A stretch of DNA of 64,000 nucleotides from Gammaproteobacteria bacterium (GCA_026981935.1 JALSIC010000052.1:2571-66570), one strand, 5' to 3'. Shown: positions 1 through 8,856, counted from the first letter of the stretch. Numbers and translations are program-made. The notes: generated from the sequence alone by a model not told the origin.

Positions 1-474
1 CGCCTGGTTGGCGGCATACACGATATATCCAGCCGGTTCAATTTCAAGAATGAACATGCTTTGACCGGGTAGAATCATGGAACCGCGACGATCTTGGCGG
101 TTTATCAGAACTGTATGATCGGGCGACATGCCTCTTATCGTCTCGCTCCACGCGGTGCGGCATGCCACCCGTTCTTTGAACGTTGTACGCATATGGGACA
201 GAATGATATTTCCAGCCTCACGGACATCACTCTGGTCCCTGTGATGGATCACCATGGAACCATATGCTCTTTCTACGACCTGCTGTGCCAAGTGTACTCT
301 GGTAGCCTTCAATGCAATATCAGTCAAGCGATGGACTGCCATGCCTGGCGAGACTTCAATCCATAGGCAGGCATCACCTGGAACCGGCAGAAACCCTTGA
401 GAAACAGTGGCGATATAGGCGGCCAGCTGTGGCTGGAGAGAGTCGATATATACATAGGTTCTAAGAGAAATCAT
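1..474 (-). CDS. Partial CDS (5' end in window, runs off left edge) with BMC-shell-like motifs (EutS/PduU/CsoS1D-type)
   Basis: Manual reverse-complement translation from the ATG at 472-474 gives [16 protein letters not shown]...[41 protein letters not shown]... with no stop before position 1. The segment [11 protein letters not shown]...GSMVI...DVREA resembles the BMC-domain core (D-x-A-x-K-A-A-x-V ... G-x-x-V-x-V-x-G-D-V-x-A-V). This ORF is not in the supplied track, and the plus-strand ORF 94..366 is rejected. Assignment is from memory-based similarity only. Confidence 0.3.
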   Translation of the reverse strand, partial: MISLRTYVYIDSLQPQLAAYIATVSQGFLPVPGDACLWIEVSPGMAVHRLTDIALKATRVHLAQQVVERAYGSMVIHHRDQSDVREAGNIILSHMRTTFKERVACRTAWSETIRGMSPDHTVLINRQDRRGSMILPGQSMFILEIEPAGYIVYAANQA

Positions 475-1522
475 GGATAGCAAAGAGATCAGTGGCTTGT
501 ATCTACAGCGTGCTGGTTTTATGCCTGGTGGACCAGTTCTGCTTTATTGTGTGGTGGTGGCAGTGAAGAAAAATAGGCTATCCGTTTCGCAATTACATGT
601 ACGCTCTTTTTTGCTTTATGCGCTGTACCGCCGTTTGCGGATTGTATGAATCTCTGATCTTCAGGCAAGGGCGCATTTTTCCATATCCAGCTTGTCTGTT
701 TTTGATAGAAAAGTCTTGATGATGTACTACTTCCTCCAAGAATAAGCTGAATACGCGGGTTTTTATTGAGAAGGCAAGACTTTTGGTGTTCAAAGCTCAT
801 TTTTTGCCTCAACATATTACTTTATAGATATTTTTTTATTTTAGAAAGCAAAATATATTGATTTGATTGATAAAATAACATTTATGGATTGTCTGGCTTT
901 GGGGGTGTGTGACTGAATTTTTGGAAATATGAAATTAAAACTTGGCACAAGATTACTCTCGTGAATGTTCGTAAATAATTGATGCTAAAATTCAAATTTA
1001 TAAATAATCATCAATATTTTGGGTAAATAAAAACAAGTCGTTTCATGCCGCCATATTTTTCATACTAAAGCACGAGGATGGATACATTATCCCTGTCGAA
1101 TTAAGCGTGATTACTGCCTAATTTGCCTTATACGACTGAGCCTGACTTATATACTGTAGAGTCTCATAGTTGAATGGACATGGTCCGACTGTTGACACGC
1201 CGGCTCGGTAGCCTGGATGAAGCGTTGCAAGAGCGCAATCCAGGAAACCAGCCAGGAAACCCCCACGCACGGATTACGTTCCACTCCATCTGGGCTACAC
1301 ATTATTGATGTGGACAATTATGAGTCCAGTAATAAGTCACATCTAATTACATGAATGACAATGTCAAATCTGGTGAAAAGGAATTTGATTGCTGAGCGGA
1401 ATGTATACAACATGGCCTATCGTAAGAGTCTGTCCCTTTTTCTGCTTTTTGCATGGGGGCAGTTATTCAGTATCTTCTCTTGCCGGTTTTCTGGACGGAT
1501 CTAAGCATTGGGTAACGCACAC

Positions 1523-3205
1523 ATGTATGAACTGATCTTCCCTATCATTGCCTTACCGTTTTTGTCAGCCATCGTGTTGCAGCTGATGGCGGATAAGATG
1601 AGGCGAAGCGTTGTATTGATCAGCGTGACTGTTGCTTGGATTACCCTTGTTCTGGCTGGATTTGCAACCTGGTCAGCGATAACTGGAGGAGGAGAGGTTC
1701 GCGAGATCGAGTTGCAGAGTGGCTGGGGAATTCTGAGGTTTGATTCTCTCGGGGTTCTGATGTGTCTGGTGATATCAGCCATCAGCCTGGTGGTCAGGAT
1801 CTATTCTCTTCGATACATGATCGAGGAGCCAGGCTATGTTCGATTTTTTACTTTGCTGGATCTGATGTCGGGCACGCTTTATCTTCTTGTGCTGTCAGGA
1901 GATCTGATAACGCTGCTTATCGCATGGCATTTAATCAGCGTGTGGTTATATTTTCTTCTGGGACATGACATGCGAAGCCAAACTGCATGGAGGTATGCAT
2001 TTTGGACCTGGATTACATATCGCATAGGGGACGTTCCACTCGTAATAGCTGCTATATTGCTTTATCAGGCATACGGCAGCTGGTCTCTGAGTACGATATT
2101 TGAAGGCCTTGCCAACCAGAACCAGATTGAAATGATCTTTTTCCTCCCTCTGCCCGAGGTGGTTGGAGGATTAATTGCGCTGTCTGCTTTTGCCCGCTCC
2201 GCGCAGTTTCTGCTTCATACTTGGCTACCTTATTCCATGGCAGGACCAACGCCGGTGTCCGCCCTCATGCACGCAGGCATTGTAAATGCTGGCGGCTTCC
2301 TCATTAACCGTTTTTCTCCTGTATTTGTGGAGACTGATCTGGTCCTTCACTGGGTATTCCTCGTTGGGTTGGTTACTGCCGTAATTGGATCTCTTCTCAT
2401 GCTTGTACAGAACGATATAAAAAAAGCATTAGGTTATTCGACAATGGGGCAGATGGGCTTCATGGTCATGGAATGCGGGCTGGGAGCATTTTCCCTGGCA
2501 GTCTTTCACCTGATCGCACATGGTTTGTTCAAGGGAACGCTTTTTCTCAGCGCTGGCGATGTAATTGGCAAGGCGCGACAGAACGATGGAGTACCTAGAG
2601 ATCAGCTCTATTCGTACATCGTTGAAAAAAACCCTGTCAAAAGCAGGATGCCTTGGCTGCTGATGGCTTTGCTTACACTATTGCTGCCGGTTACCATTTT
2701 ACTGCTGGCACATTGGATAGTGTCAGAGGACTTTTATCAGAAGCAAGGCGCCATCGTGCTCTTGTTCTTTGGCTGGGTAACTGGTGCGCAGCTTATTTTC
2801 GTGACCTATCGCATGCGTTCTCAGAATCTATGGCGTCTTTTCAGTCTAACTGTCGGTTCATTTGTTATTGTAATTGTTGGATACATATTGATAAGTCATG
2901 TCTTTGATCTGTACCTCTATCCTGATGAAGATTTCCGCAAACGCATCTATGAAGCAGCGTCAATTGACCTGCTCTGGTTCAGCATACTGATTGGTATCCT
3001 CACACTTGTAATTGTGTCAGGATGGGTTAGGACATATTACGTTGAGCGTAATTCCGGGCGACAAATGCATGAACAGATCGTTTCAAGGAAGACAACATAT
3101 GCGTTGATTGCAAACGAACTCTACATCAATGCCTTCTATGCTTATATGTCAAGAAAGATGGAAAAGCTCGCATTGCGGATTAATGCGTGGCTGAGGTGGC
3201 TATGA
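1523..3205 (+). CDS. dabB: DabB-like proton-translocating membrane subunit (NuoL/MnhA/ND5 family, PF00361)
   Basis: 565-aa polytopic membrane ORF. Motifs LIAWHLISVWLYFLLG, SAQFLLHTWLPYSMAGPTPVSALMHAGIVNAGGF, YSTMGQMGFMVMECGLG and AVFHLIAHGLFKGTLFLSAGDV match the antiporter-like NuoL/ND5 core. The ATG at 1523 is preferred over the track's TTG at 1508. Its stop overlaps the next start (TGGCTATGATATGC). Confidence 0.85.
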   Translation: MYELIFPIIALPFLSAIVLQLMADKMRRSVVLISVTVAWITLVLAGFATWSAITGGGEVREIELQSGWGILRFDSLGVLMCLVISAISLVVRIYSLRYMIEEPGYVRFFTLLDLMSGTLYLLVLSGDLITLLIAWHLISVWLYFLLGHDMRSQTAWRYAFWTWITYRIGDVPLVIAAILLYQAYGSWSLSTIFEGLANQNQIEMIFFLPLPEVVGGLIALSAFARSAQFLLHTWLPYSMAGPTPVSALMHAGIVNAGGFLINRFSPVFVETDLVLHWVFLVGLVTAVIGSLLMLVQNDIKKALGYSTMGQMGFMVMECGLGAFSLAVFHLIAHGLFKGTLFLSAGDVIGKARQNDGVPRDQLYSYIVEKNPVKSRMPWLLMALLTLLLPVTILLLAHWIVSEDFYQKQGAIVLLFFGWVTGAQLIFVTYRMRSQNLWRLFSLTVGSFVIVIVGYILISHVFDLYLYPDEDFRKRIYEAASIDLLWFSILIGILTLVIVSGWVRTYYVERNSGRQMHEQIVSRKTTYALIANELYINAFYAYMSRKMEKLALRINAWLRWL

Positions 3206-3206
3206 T

Positions 3207-3965
3207 ATGCAAAGTTTAAGCTGGCTGCTTGGGGCTTTCTTCCTTCCCTTGTTTCCAATGAGCCTGCTCTTCAGCAGGGTTTGGCAAGGCCTCGGTTCCA
3301 CCAGGATGCGTGTGCTCCTGATTTTGCTGTGGCCTCTGCCGGGGGTTTTTGTTCTGGATGCAATGGATCCTTTAATACCATCCTGGCTGGCGATATGGGC
3401 ACTGGCAACGTCCATGCTATATGGTCTTAGAGCGGTTGCCATCAAAGAGGCCAGTGTCTGGGTGGGGTATATGGCGATTTCGGCCTGGTCTTTGGGATGG
3501 TTGATTTTTGCCGTAAGCGATAATCCTGTGTCTCCGATTGCGTATGTTCTATCATTCTCGGCCTCATTTGCATTGCTGACGATGATTATCGGTGAGATAG
3601 AACATGGCTACGGTGCGGCTTATGCCGGCATTGTCACAGGGTTGGCGCAGGATCAAAAGGCACTTTCTGCATTGTTCGTCATATTTATTTTGTCAGCAAT
3701 CGCAACCCCGTTTTTCCCTACCTTTTTTGTGTTGTTGGGGAATATTGCCCAAGTCTCAGGGGTGAGGTTGTTTGCGGCTGTGATAGCAGCACTTGTATGG
3801 CTGGTATGGAGCTGGTCAGCGATGCGTCTGATTCAAGGTCTGCTGGTTGGAACATCTGGCAAAAGAGTGCCACCGCTTCTGACGAAAAGGAAAATTGCCG
3901 TTTATGGGGTTTTGGCATCCTTACTTGTTGTAAGCGCTCTTATTGATCTTGGAGGCTTAAGATGA
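3207..3965 (+). CDS. Polytopic membrane protein of unknown function, translationally coupled between dabB and dabA; possibly a degenerate antiporter-like (NuoN/M-type) fragment
   Basis: 252 aa, roughly 6-7 hydrophobic segments. The start is 1 nt after the dabB stop, and its stop overlaps the dabA start (AAGATGATT, ATGA overlap). The stretch MAISAWSLGWLIF ... TPFFPTFFVLLGNI is weakly reminiscent of the C-terminal half of PF00361 proteins. It has the same low GC as its neighbours. Confidence 0.55.
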   Translation: MQSLSWLLGAFFLPLFPMSLLFSRVWQGLGSTRMRVLLILLWPLPGVFVLDAMDPLIPSWLAIWALATSMLYGLRAVAIKEASVWVGYMAISAWSLGWLIFAVSDNPVSPIAYVLSFSASFALLTMIIGEIEHGYGAAYAGIVTGLAQDQKALSALFVIFILSAIATPFFPTFFVLLGNIAQVSGVRLFAAVIAALVWLVWSWSAMRLIQGLLVGTSGKRVPPLLTKRKIAVYGVLASLLVVSALIDLGGLR

Positions 3966-6900
3966 TTGGCGAAGGGTTAAAGGCACAGGTGAGAACCATG
4001 GTGTTTCTTGCGGGCGAGCCAATTCCAAGATTTTGGCCCATGCGCTCATTTATTCATCATAACCCTTTGCATGGCCTGGAAAAGATGAAGTTTGAACAGG
4101 CTGTAGAAAAGGGTGAGCAGCTGTTCCACGGGCGTGCCTATTTGCCAAGAGATCTGTATCAGCAATATCTCAGGGATGGAAAGATAGATGAATGTATATT
4201 GGAAGCATGCATAACCAAGTTTGCTTCCATGCAGACAAGGATTGAGGGTGTTGAACTGGAAAAATGGCTGAAGTCACTTGTTTACAGTTTTCCAAGGAAT
4301 GTCATCAGTCGTGATCACTTTATTCCGCAGTCGGTAATGAACTCAGATATCACGTCAGTTCTGCAGGGACGGTTTGTGCGGGAAGCTGCAGGGATGGATT
4401 GTGAGGAACTGACTTTGAAGCTGGAGGATGTTCTGATACATAGAGGGAGCATACAGGAAATTATCGATAAGCTTTTCGGTACTGAGCTTGCGAGTCAGTT
4501 GGATGACCTGATTGTCCGCAATTGCCTGAATTTCTTTGATGAAGGTCAGGCAGCCTGGGAGATGCCTTCCAGGGAGAATGGTTTTTTCAATGCCTGGCTG
4601 GCTGTTTTTGGAAAAAGCGGCAGTTTTATGCTCAGTAAAAGGGTATTGCAGGAAGTCTTGGAGTCTGTAACCTGCCCGGAAGAGGCAATCATATATGTCA
4701 TGCGAAATTTCAAAATCCCTGAGTCGCACTGGCAATCCTATTTTCAGCGTGAGTTGACGAGGTTACACGGATGGGCAGGTTTTATCAGGTGGCGATCAAG
4801 CGCTCTCCATTATTATTTTACGAGAAAGTACCCTGGTGACCTTGTGGATTATCTGGCAATCCGACTGATACTTTCACATGCCTTGGTCGATAAACAGGTT
4901 GCCAGTTCTATGCCGAAAAATATGGAAGATCTAAAAGGATATATTCGTGAAAATACCACCCGTGCATACCTTGCTTATCAATACCATAGCGGCAATGTCA
5001 TCCCATCTTTCGCGCATAGGATAGAAAAGGCTTTGTTTTCTGGAAAACAAACTCGAGTTGAATCGGTTGCAACAGATTATTTTCACTATGAGCGGGAGAG
5101 TATCGCGACACAACATGCACAAAATTTGAGGAGGTTATCAACATCTGTAAATGCAGAGCAACAATTATTAGCCCTTGATGCTGACGGTATAGGGAATTTG
5201 GTCAGATGCATTGAAAAATTCGAGAGACGGGAAGGACTTTATTGGCTCAAGGCGATGGAGGAAAAAGCGATTAATGAGCTATTGAGAAATATTAGCCTGA
5301 TGCCATCAAAGCAACTTGTGAACCGGAAACGTCCCTTTGTTCAAGCGATGTTCTGCATTGATACGAGGTCAGAGAGATTGCGCCGTCACTTGGAAAATGT
5401 CGGAGATTACCAGACGTTCGGCATTGCAGGTTTTTTTGGCGTACCCGTGAGTTTTATGGAGATTGATAAGGGTACGGAAGTCCATCTTTGCCCTGTATTG
5501 CTGACACCGAAAAACCTCATAATGGAGATGTCTGTTTCAGGTGTTCAGGATACCGTTGCTTTATCCATTATAGAGAAAGTTGTGCATGAACTGAAAGAAA
5601 CTGTTCTGGCGCCTTATGTGACGGTTGAAGCAATAGGGCTTTTGTTCGGTCTCGACATGTTTGGGAAAACCATGATGCCGGTTGTCTATAACAGATGGCG
5701 GACCAAACTGCATAAACACAAGCCATTTACTCATCTCCTGATCGACAAATTGAGCAGAGAGCAGGCCGATTCAATCGTTCGTGCTGTACAAAGGGCACTG
5801 ATATCAAAGGCAATCGAAATTGAGTTCAAGTTGAGTCCTGAACAAGTCAATGACGATGTGGTTCGAGAATTGCGGGAAGTCGCACTGGGCAATATAGATC
5901 ATGCTGATAGCTTTCAGAAATTATTCAATGTAGACGATGTGCGCCTGAATGAGTTCATTGAACAGCTGCGCGATGTCTATCGCGTCAACAAATCTGAGTC
6001 ACGTCACCAAATGGAACGGCTTGGCCGCATCGGCTTTACGCTTGACGAGCAAGTTACTTTCGTGTCACAGGCGCTGCAGGCAATTGGCCTGACTAAAGTC
6101 TTCTCACGATTTGTTCTTGTTGTGGGTCACGGCAGCCAGTCTCAGAACAATCCCTATGAGTCAGCTCTCGATTGCGGGGCATGCGGAGGTAATGTTGGAT
6201 TGCATAATGCGCGTATTTTTGCTGGTATGGCCAATAAACCAGCAGTAAGACAGCGTTTGCGTGCGATAGGTATCGATATACCAGATGATACTTGGTTTAT
6301 TCCAGCGCTGCATAATACCACTATCGATGAAATCATCATGTATGACCTGGACCTCGTACCCGCAACTCACCTGATCTATCTCGACCGACTCCGTCAGGGG
6401 TTGACCGCTGCCTGCCGCTTATGTGCCAAAGAGCGGATACCAGAGCTGGGGGAAGATATTTATCCTGTTTCCAATGGCGTAAGAAAGGCGATGCGTAATG
6501 CGCTGGATTGGTCTCAGGTGCGTCCAGAATGGGGGTTGTCACGCAATGCTTACTTCATTATCGGCAGGCGCGGGATGACGCGTAATATATCTCTGGAAGG
6601 GCGGGCATTCATGCATTCTTATGATTACCGTGTGGATCATAACTTGATTCTGCTCGAGAATATACTTACCGGTCCCCTTGTCGTCGCGCAATGGATCAAT
6701 ATGGAGCACTATTTTTCAGCGGTCGATAATGAGTCATATGGAAGTGGCAGTAAGGTCTATCATAATGTTGCGGGCCGATTTGGCGTGATGACAGGCAATA
6801 TTGGTGACCTGAGGACAGGCCTGCCTGCGCAGACTGTACTGATGAATGGCAAGCCTTACCATGAACCCTTGCGCTTGATGACTCTTATAGAATCACCGTT

Positions 6901-7081
6901 GGAAAGTGTGAAAACTGCCATAGGGCGGGTTGCAAGCGTCAGAAAGCTTCTGCAAAACGAGTGGATTCACATGGCAGTTGTAGATCCAATATCTGGAGGT
7001 GTATATAGATATTGTGCTGGTGATTGGAAAGCGTATGACATTGGAGATCTGCATGCAGGTCGGGAGGCAGCTGCGATATGA
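3962..7081 (+). CDS. dabA: DabA-like inorganic carbon transporter subunit (DUF2309/UPF0753, PF10070), catalytic beta-CA-like partner of DabB
   Basis: 1039 aa. The N-terminal IPRFWPMRSFIHHNPLHGLE is typical of DUF2309. MFCIDTRSE carries the Cys-x-Asp motif, and VVGHGSQSQNNPYESALDCGACGG carries a His followed by Cys 15 residues later; this matches the 4-residue metal-site pattern described for DabA. Starts and stops are coupled with the ORFs on both sides. Confidence 0.85.
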   Translation: MIGEGLKAQVRTMVFLAGEPIPRFWPMRSFIHHNPLHGLEKMKFEQAVEKGEQLFHGRAYLPRDLYQQYLRDGKIDECILEACITKFASMQTRIEGVELEKWLKSLVYSFPRNVISRDHFIPQSVMNSDITSVLQGRFVREAAGMDCEELTLKLEDVLIHRGSIQEIIDKLFGTELASQLDDLIVRNCLNFFDEGQAAWEMPSRENGFFNAWLAVFGKSGSFMLSKRVLQEVLESVTCPEEAIIYVMRNFKIPESHWQSYFQRELTRLHGWAGFIRWRSSALHYYFTRKYPGDLVDYLAIRLILSHALVDKQVASSMPKNMEDLKGYIRENTTRAYLAYQYHSGNVIPSFAHRIEKALFSGKQTRVESVATDYFHYERESIATQHAQNLRRLSTSVNAEQQLLALDADGIGNLVRCIEKFERREGLYWLKAMEEKAINELLRNISLMPSKQLVNRKRPFVQAMFCIDTRSERLRRHLENVGDYQTFGIAGFFGVPVSFMEIDKGTEVHLCPVLLTPKNLIMEMSVSGVQDTVALSIIEKVVHELKETVLAPYVTVEAIGLLFGLDMFGKTMMPVVYNRWRTKLHKHKPFTHLLIDKLSREQADSIVRAVQRALISKAIEIEFKLSPEQVNDDVVRELREVALGNIDHADSFQKLFNVDDVRLNEFIEQLRDVYRVNKSESRHQMERLGRIGFTLDEQVTFVSQALQAIGLTKVFSRFVLVVGHGSQSQNNPYESALDCGACGGNVGLHNARIFAGMANKPAVRQRLRAIGIDIPDDTWFIPALHNTTIDEIIMYDLDLVPATHLIYLDRLRQGLTAACRLCAKERIPELGEDIYPVSNGVRKAMRNALDWSQVRPEWGLSRNAYFIIGRRGMTRNISLEGRAFMHSYDYRVDHNLILLENILTGPLVVAQWINMEHYFSAVDNESYGSGSKVYHNVAGRFGVMTGNIGDLRTGLPAQTVLMNGKPYHEPLRLMTLIESPLESVKTAIGRVASVRKLLQNEWIHMAVVDPISGGVYRYCAGDWKAYDIGDLHAGREAAAI

Positions 7082-7410
7082 ATGCAATAAAGTTTAATCA
7101 CCTGAAGAAGCTTGAGATCATCCTTGAGGGTGAATATAAGGAATTCGCGATTGACTTGCTGGACAGAGTAGGCGTAAAGGGTTACAGCATCATCAATAAT
7201 CTTTCCGGAAAAGGCAGTCATGGATTTCGCGACGGGCATATCATGTTCAATGAGGATGATCTTCTGATAATGATCATCGCTGCAGTGCCCGAAAAGCTCG
7301 TTGAGCCGATATTGCAAGGATTTTCACCGTTTTTCAAAGAGCATTCTGGTGTGGTTTTCGTTTCCGACATTCAGGTTACTCGGCTTGTCAAATTTGGCGG
7401 TGACGATTGA
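7078..7410 (+). CDS. PII-like (GlnB-fold) signalling protein, translationally coupled to dabA; possibly a carboxysome-associated CPII-like bicarbonate/adenylate sensor
   Basis: 110 aa. KKLEIILEGEYKEFAIDLLDRVGVKGYSIINNLSGKGSHG ... GVVFVSDIQVTRLVKF aligns by eye with the GlnB/PII pattern (KKIEAIIKPFKLDDV...GITGMTVTEVKGFGRQKG ... GKIFVFDVARVIRI). The ATG at 7078 overlaps the dabA stop (GATATGAATG). Confidence 0.65.
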   Translation: MNAIKFNHLKKLEIILEGEYKEFAIDLLDRVGVKGYSIINNLSGKGSHGFRDGHIMFNEDDLLIMIIAAVPEKLVEPILQGFSPFFKEHSGVVFVSDIQVTRLVKFGGDD

Positions 7411-7860
7411 GTGTATGATCTGTTAGCAGGAAATCTATCTGCCCGTTCATCTTCAAATCCGTAGCCCCGCTGCACGAATTGATAAGCGCAGGCTGGGCAT
7501 GGACCATGGGCAGTACACTGACGTAAGGCGGAATCTCGGGTAAATCACGCCGCTCTCCAAATGTATCCTTTTGTTCGCAGATCTAGGCTGCACGGTGACT
7601 CTCACACAATGCGCGCGACAATTCCATTGTGTTCGGCCTCCAGGCGAGTACTAAATAATATAAGGTGCGTCATTTTTGGAGCAGCCTGTCACTGGCATGA
7701 GTGCTGAAACACCGGGAAGTGTCTAACTGATTGAAATTTATGTAGTATGCATATTGCGCGCGCGTAAAACACGTGGCAGAAGAGCTTGCGGTAGAATGAT
7801 TGCTGTGGCAGCTCGCTGCCATGGATGTGTGTTTGTTTCCAACGTCTGAATATGACGGAT
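7411..7860. other. Base-composition boundary: the AT-rich island (1..~7.4 kb) meets the GC-rich core here; intergenic, contains the palindrome TGGCAGC-TC-GCTGCCA at 7807..7822
   Basis: Visible switch from AT-rich codons and intergenic sequence to a strong G/C third-position bias downstream. No ORF with recognisable similarity lies in this region. Confidence 0.6.
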
Positions 7861-7933
7861 GTTCTTCGTTGCCGGGATTGATGGCGGACCAATAACTGGA
7901 CAGATTCAAGGACTGTATGTAGAGCGTGACGAT

Positions 7934-8410
7934 ATGACAAGATTCAACCGGCTCGGGATAGTGACGGGACTGGCATTGGCCATGGCAGGTTGTGAGCAGA
8001 TGCAAAGTGGCGCTGAGTCTGGCAGGGTCTTGTCCACGCAAAGTGGAGCGGCCATTGTCCGGAAGGATGACCCGGAACTCGTGCGCAAGGGAGAGGCGGT
8101 GTTCCTCCGGCATTGCGCCGCCTGTCATGGCCGGCAAGCCGAGGGTGCGCCGGACTGGCGTCGCCGGGGTGAGGACGGTTTTTATCCGCCGCCGCCTTTG
8201 AACGGCACTGGCCATGCCTGGCACCATCCCACGGCCATGCTGCGGGACATGATCCGCAACGGCAGCCCGCCGGGGGAGGGGCGCATGCCGGCCTGGGGCG
8301 ACAAGCTGAGTGCGGAGGAGATCGACGCCGTCATCGCCTGGTTCCAGTCGCTGTGGCCAGATGAAGTCTATGCGGCATGGTATGATCGGGAGCAGCGTTT
8401 TATGGAATAG
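7934..8410 (+). CDS. Class I c-type cytochrome (mono-haem, lipoprotein-type signal peptide)
   Basis: Single CXXCH (LRHCAACHG), a downstream Met ligand region (GRMPAWGDKLS), and signal plus lipobox LALAMAGC. The start at MTRFNRLG is preferred over the track start at 7859. Confidence 0.75.
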   Translation: MTRFNRLGIVTGLALAMAGCEQMQSGAESGRVLSTQSGAAIVRKDDPELVRKGEAVFLRHCAACHGRQAEGAPDWRRRGEDGFYPPPPLNGTGHAWHHPTAMLRDMIRNGSPPGEGRMPAWGDKLSAEEIDAVIAWFQSLWPDEVYAAWYDREQRFME

Positions 8411-8451
8411 TTCATTTATTTATCTGAATTTTTCAGGTCAGGAGGGGAAAT

Positions 8452-8856
8452 ATGTACGGTTTTCATGTCACCCTGCAGGGCGGTTTCGATGAAGTGGTCG
8501 AACGTGTGACCGCCGCGCTCCAGGAGGAGGGCTTCGGCGTGCTGACGGACATCGATGTTCAGGCGACTCTGAAAAAGAAACTGGACATAGACCGACGTCC
8601 CTATCGTATCCTGGGTGCCTGCAATCCCCCGCTGGCGCACCGTGCACTGGAAGCCGATCCCGACATCGGCCTCCTGCTGCCATGCAATGTCGTGGTGCGT
8701 GAAGAGGAGGATGGCACCGTGACCGTCGCTTTCATGGATCCTGCCGCGGTGCTGGGGCTGGTGGACAAACCCGAGGTGGCAAGCCTGGGAGAGGAAGTGC
8801 GTGCCAGGCTGTTGCGCGTGCGTGATGCCCTGAAGGACAGGCCCCGGACGTCGTGA
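8452..8856 (+). CDS. DUF302 domain protein
   Basis: 134 aa. [33 protein letters not shown]...[14 protein letters not shown] is a typical DUF302 signature. Confidence 0.7.
   Translation: MYGFHVTLQGGFDEVVERVTAALQEEGFGVLTDIDVQATLKKKLDIDRRPYRILGACNPPLAHRALEADPDIGLLLPCNVVVREEEDGTVTVAFMDPAAVLGLVDKPEVASLGEEVRARLLRVRDALKDRPRTS

Noticed and set aside
94-366. Plus-strand 90-aa ORF at the left edge
   Set aside because: The translation is Cys/His-rich nonsense with no motif. The opposite strand gives a continuous open frame with BMC-like motifs from ATG 472-474 to the window edge.
519-815. Two overlapping minus-strand ORFs (98 and 66 aa) in the AT-rich leader
   Set aside because: They overlap each other in different frames, have no RBS or recognisable motifs, and sit in a region whose extreme AT content generates chance ORFs rarely but whose context (between divergent genes) suggests regulatory DNA.
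7807-7822. sigma-54 (-24/-12) promoter reading of TGGCAGctcgcTGCCA
   Set aside because: GG and GC elements are 11 rather than 12 bp apart and the -12 element is CTGC rather than TTGC. The perfect dyad symmetry suggests a palindromic protein site or hairpin instead.
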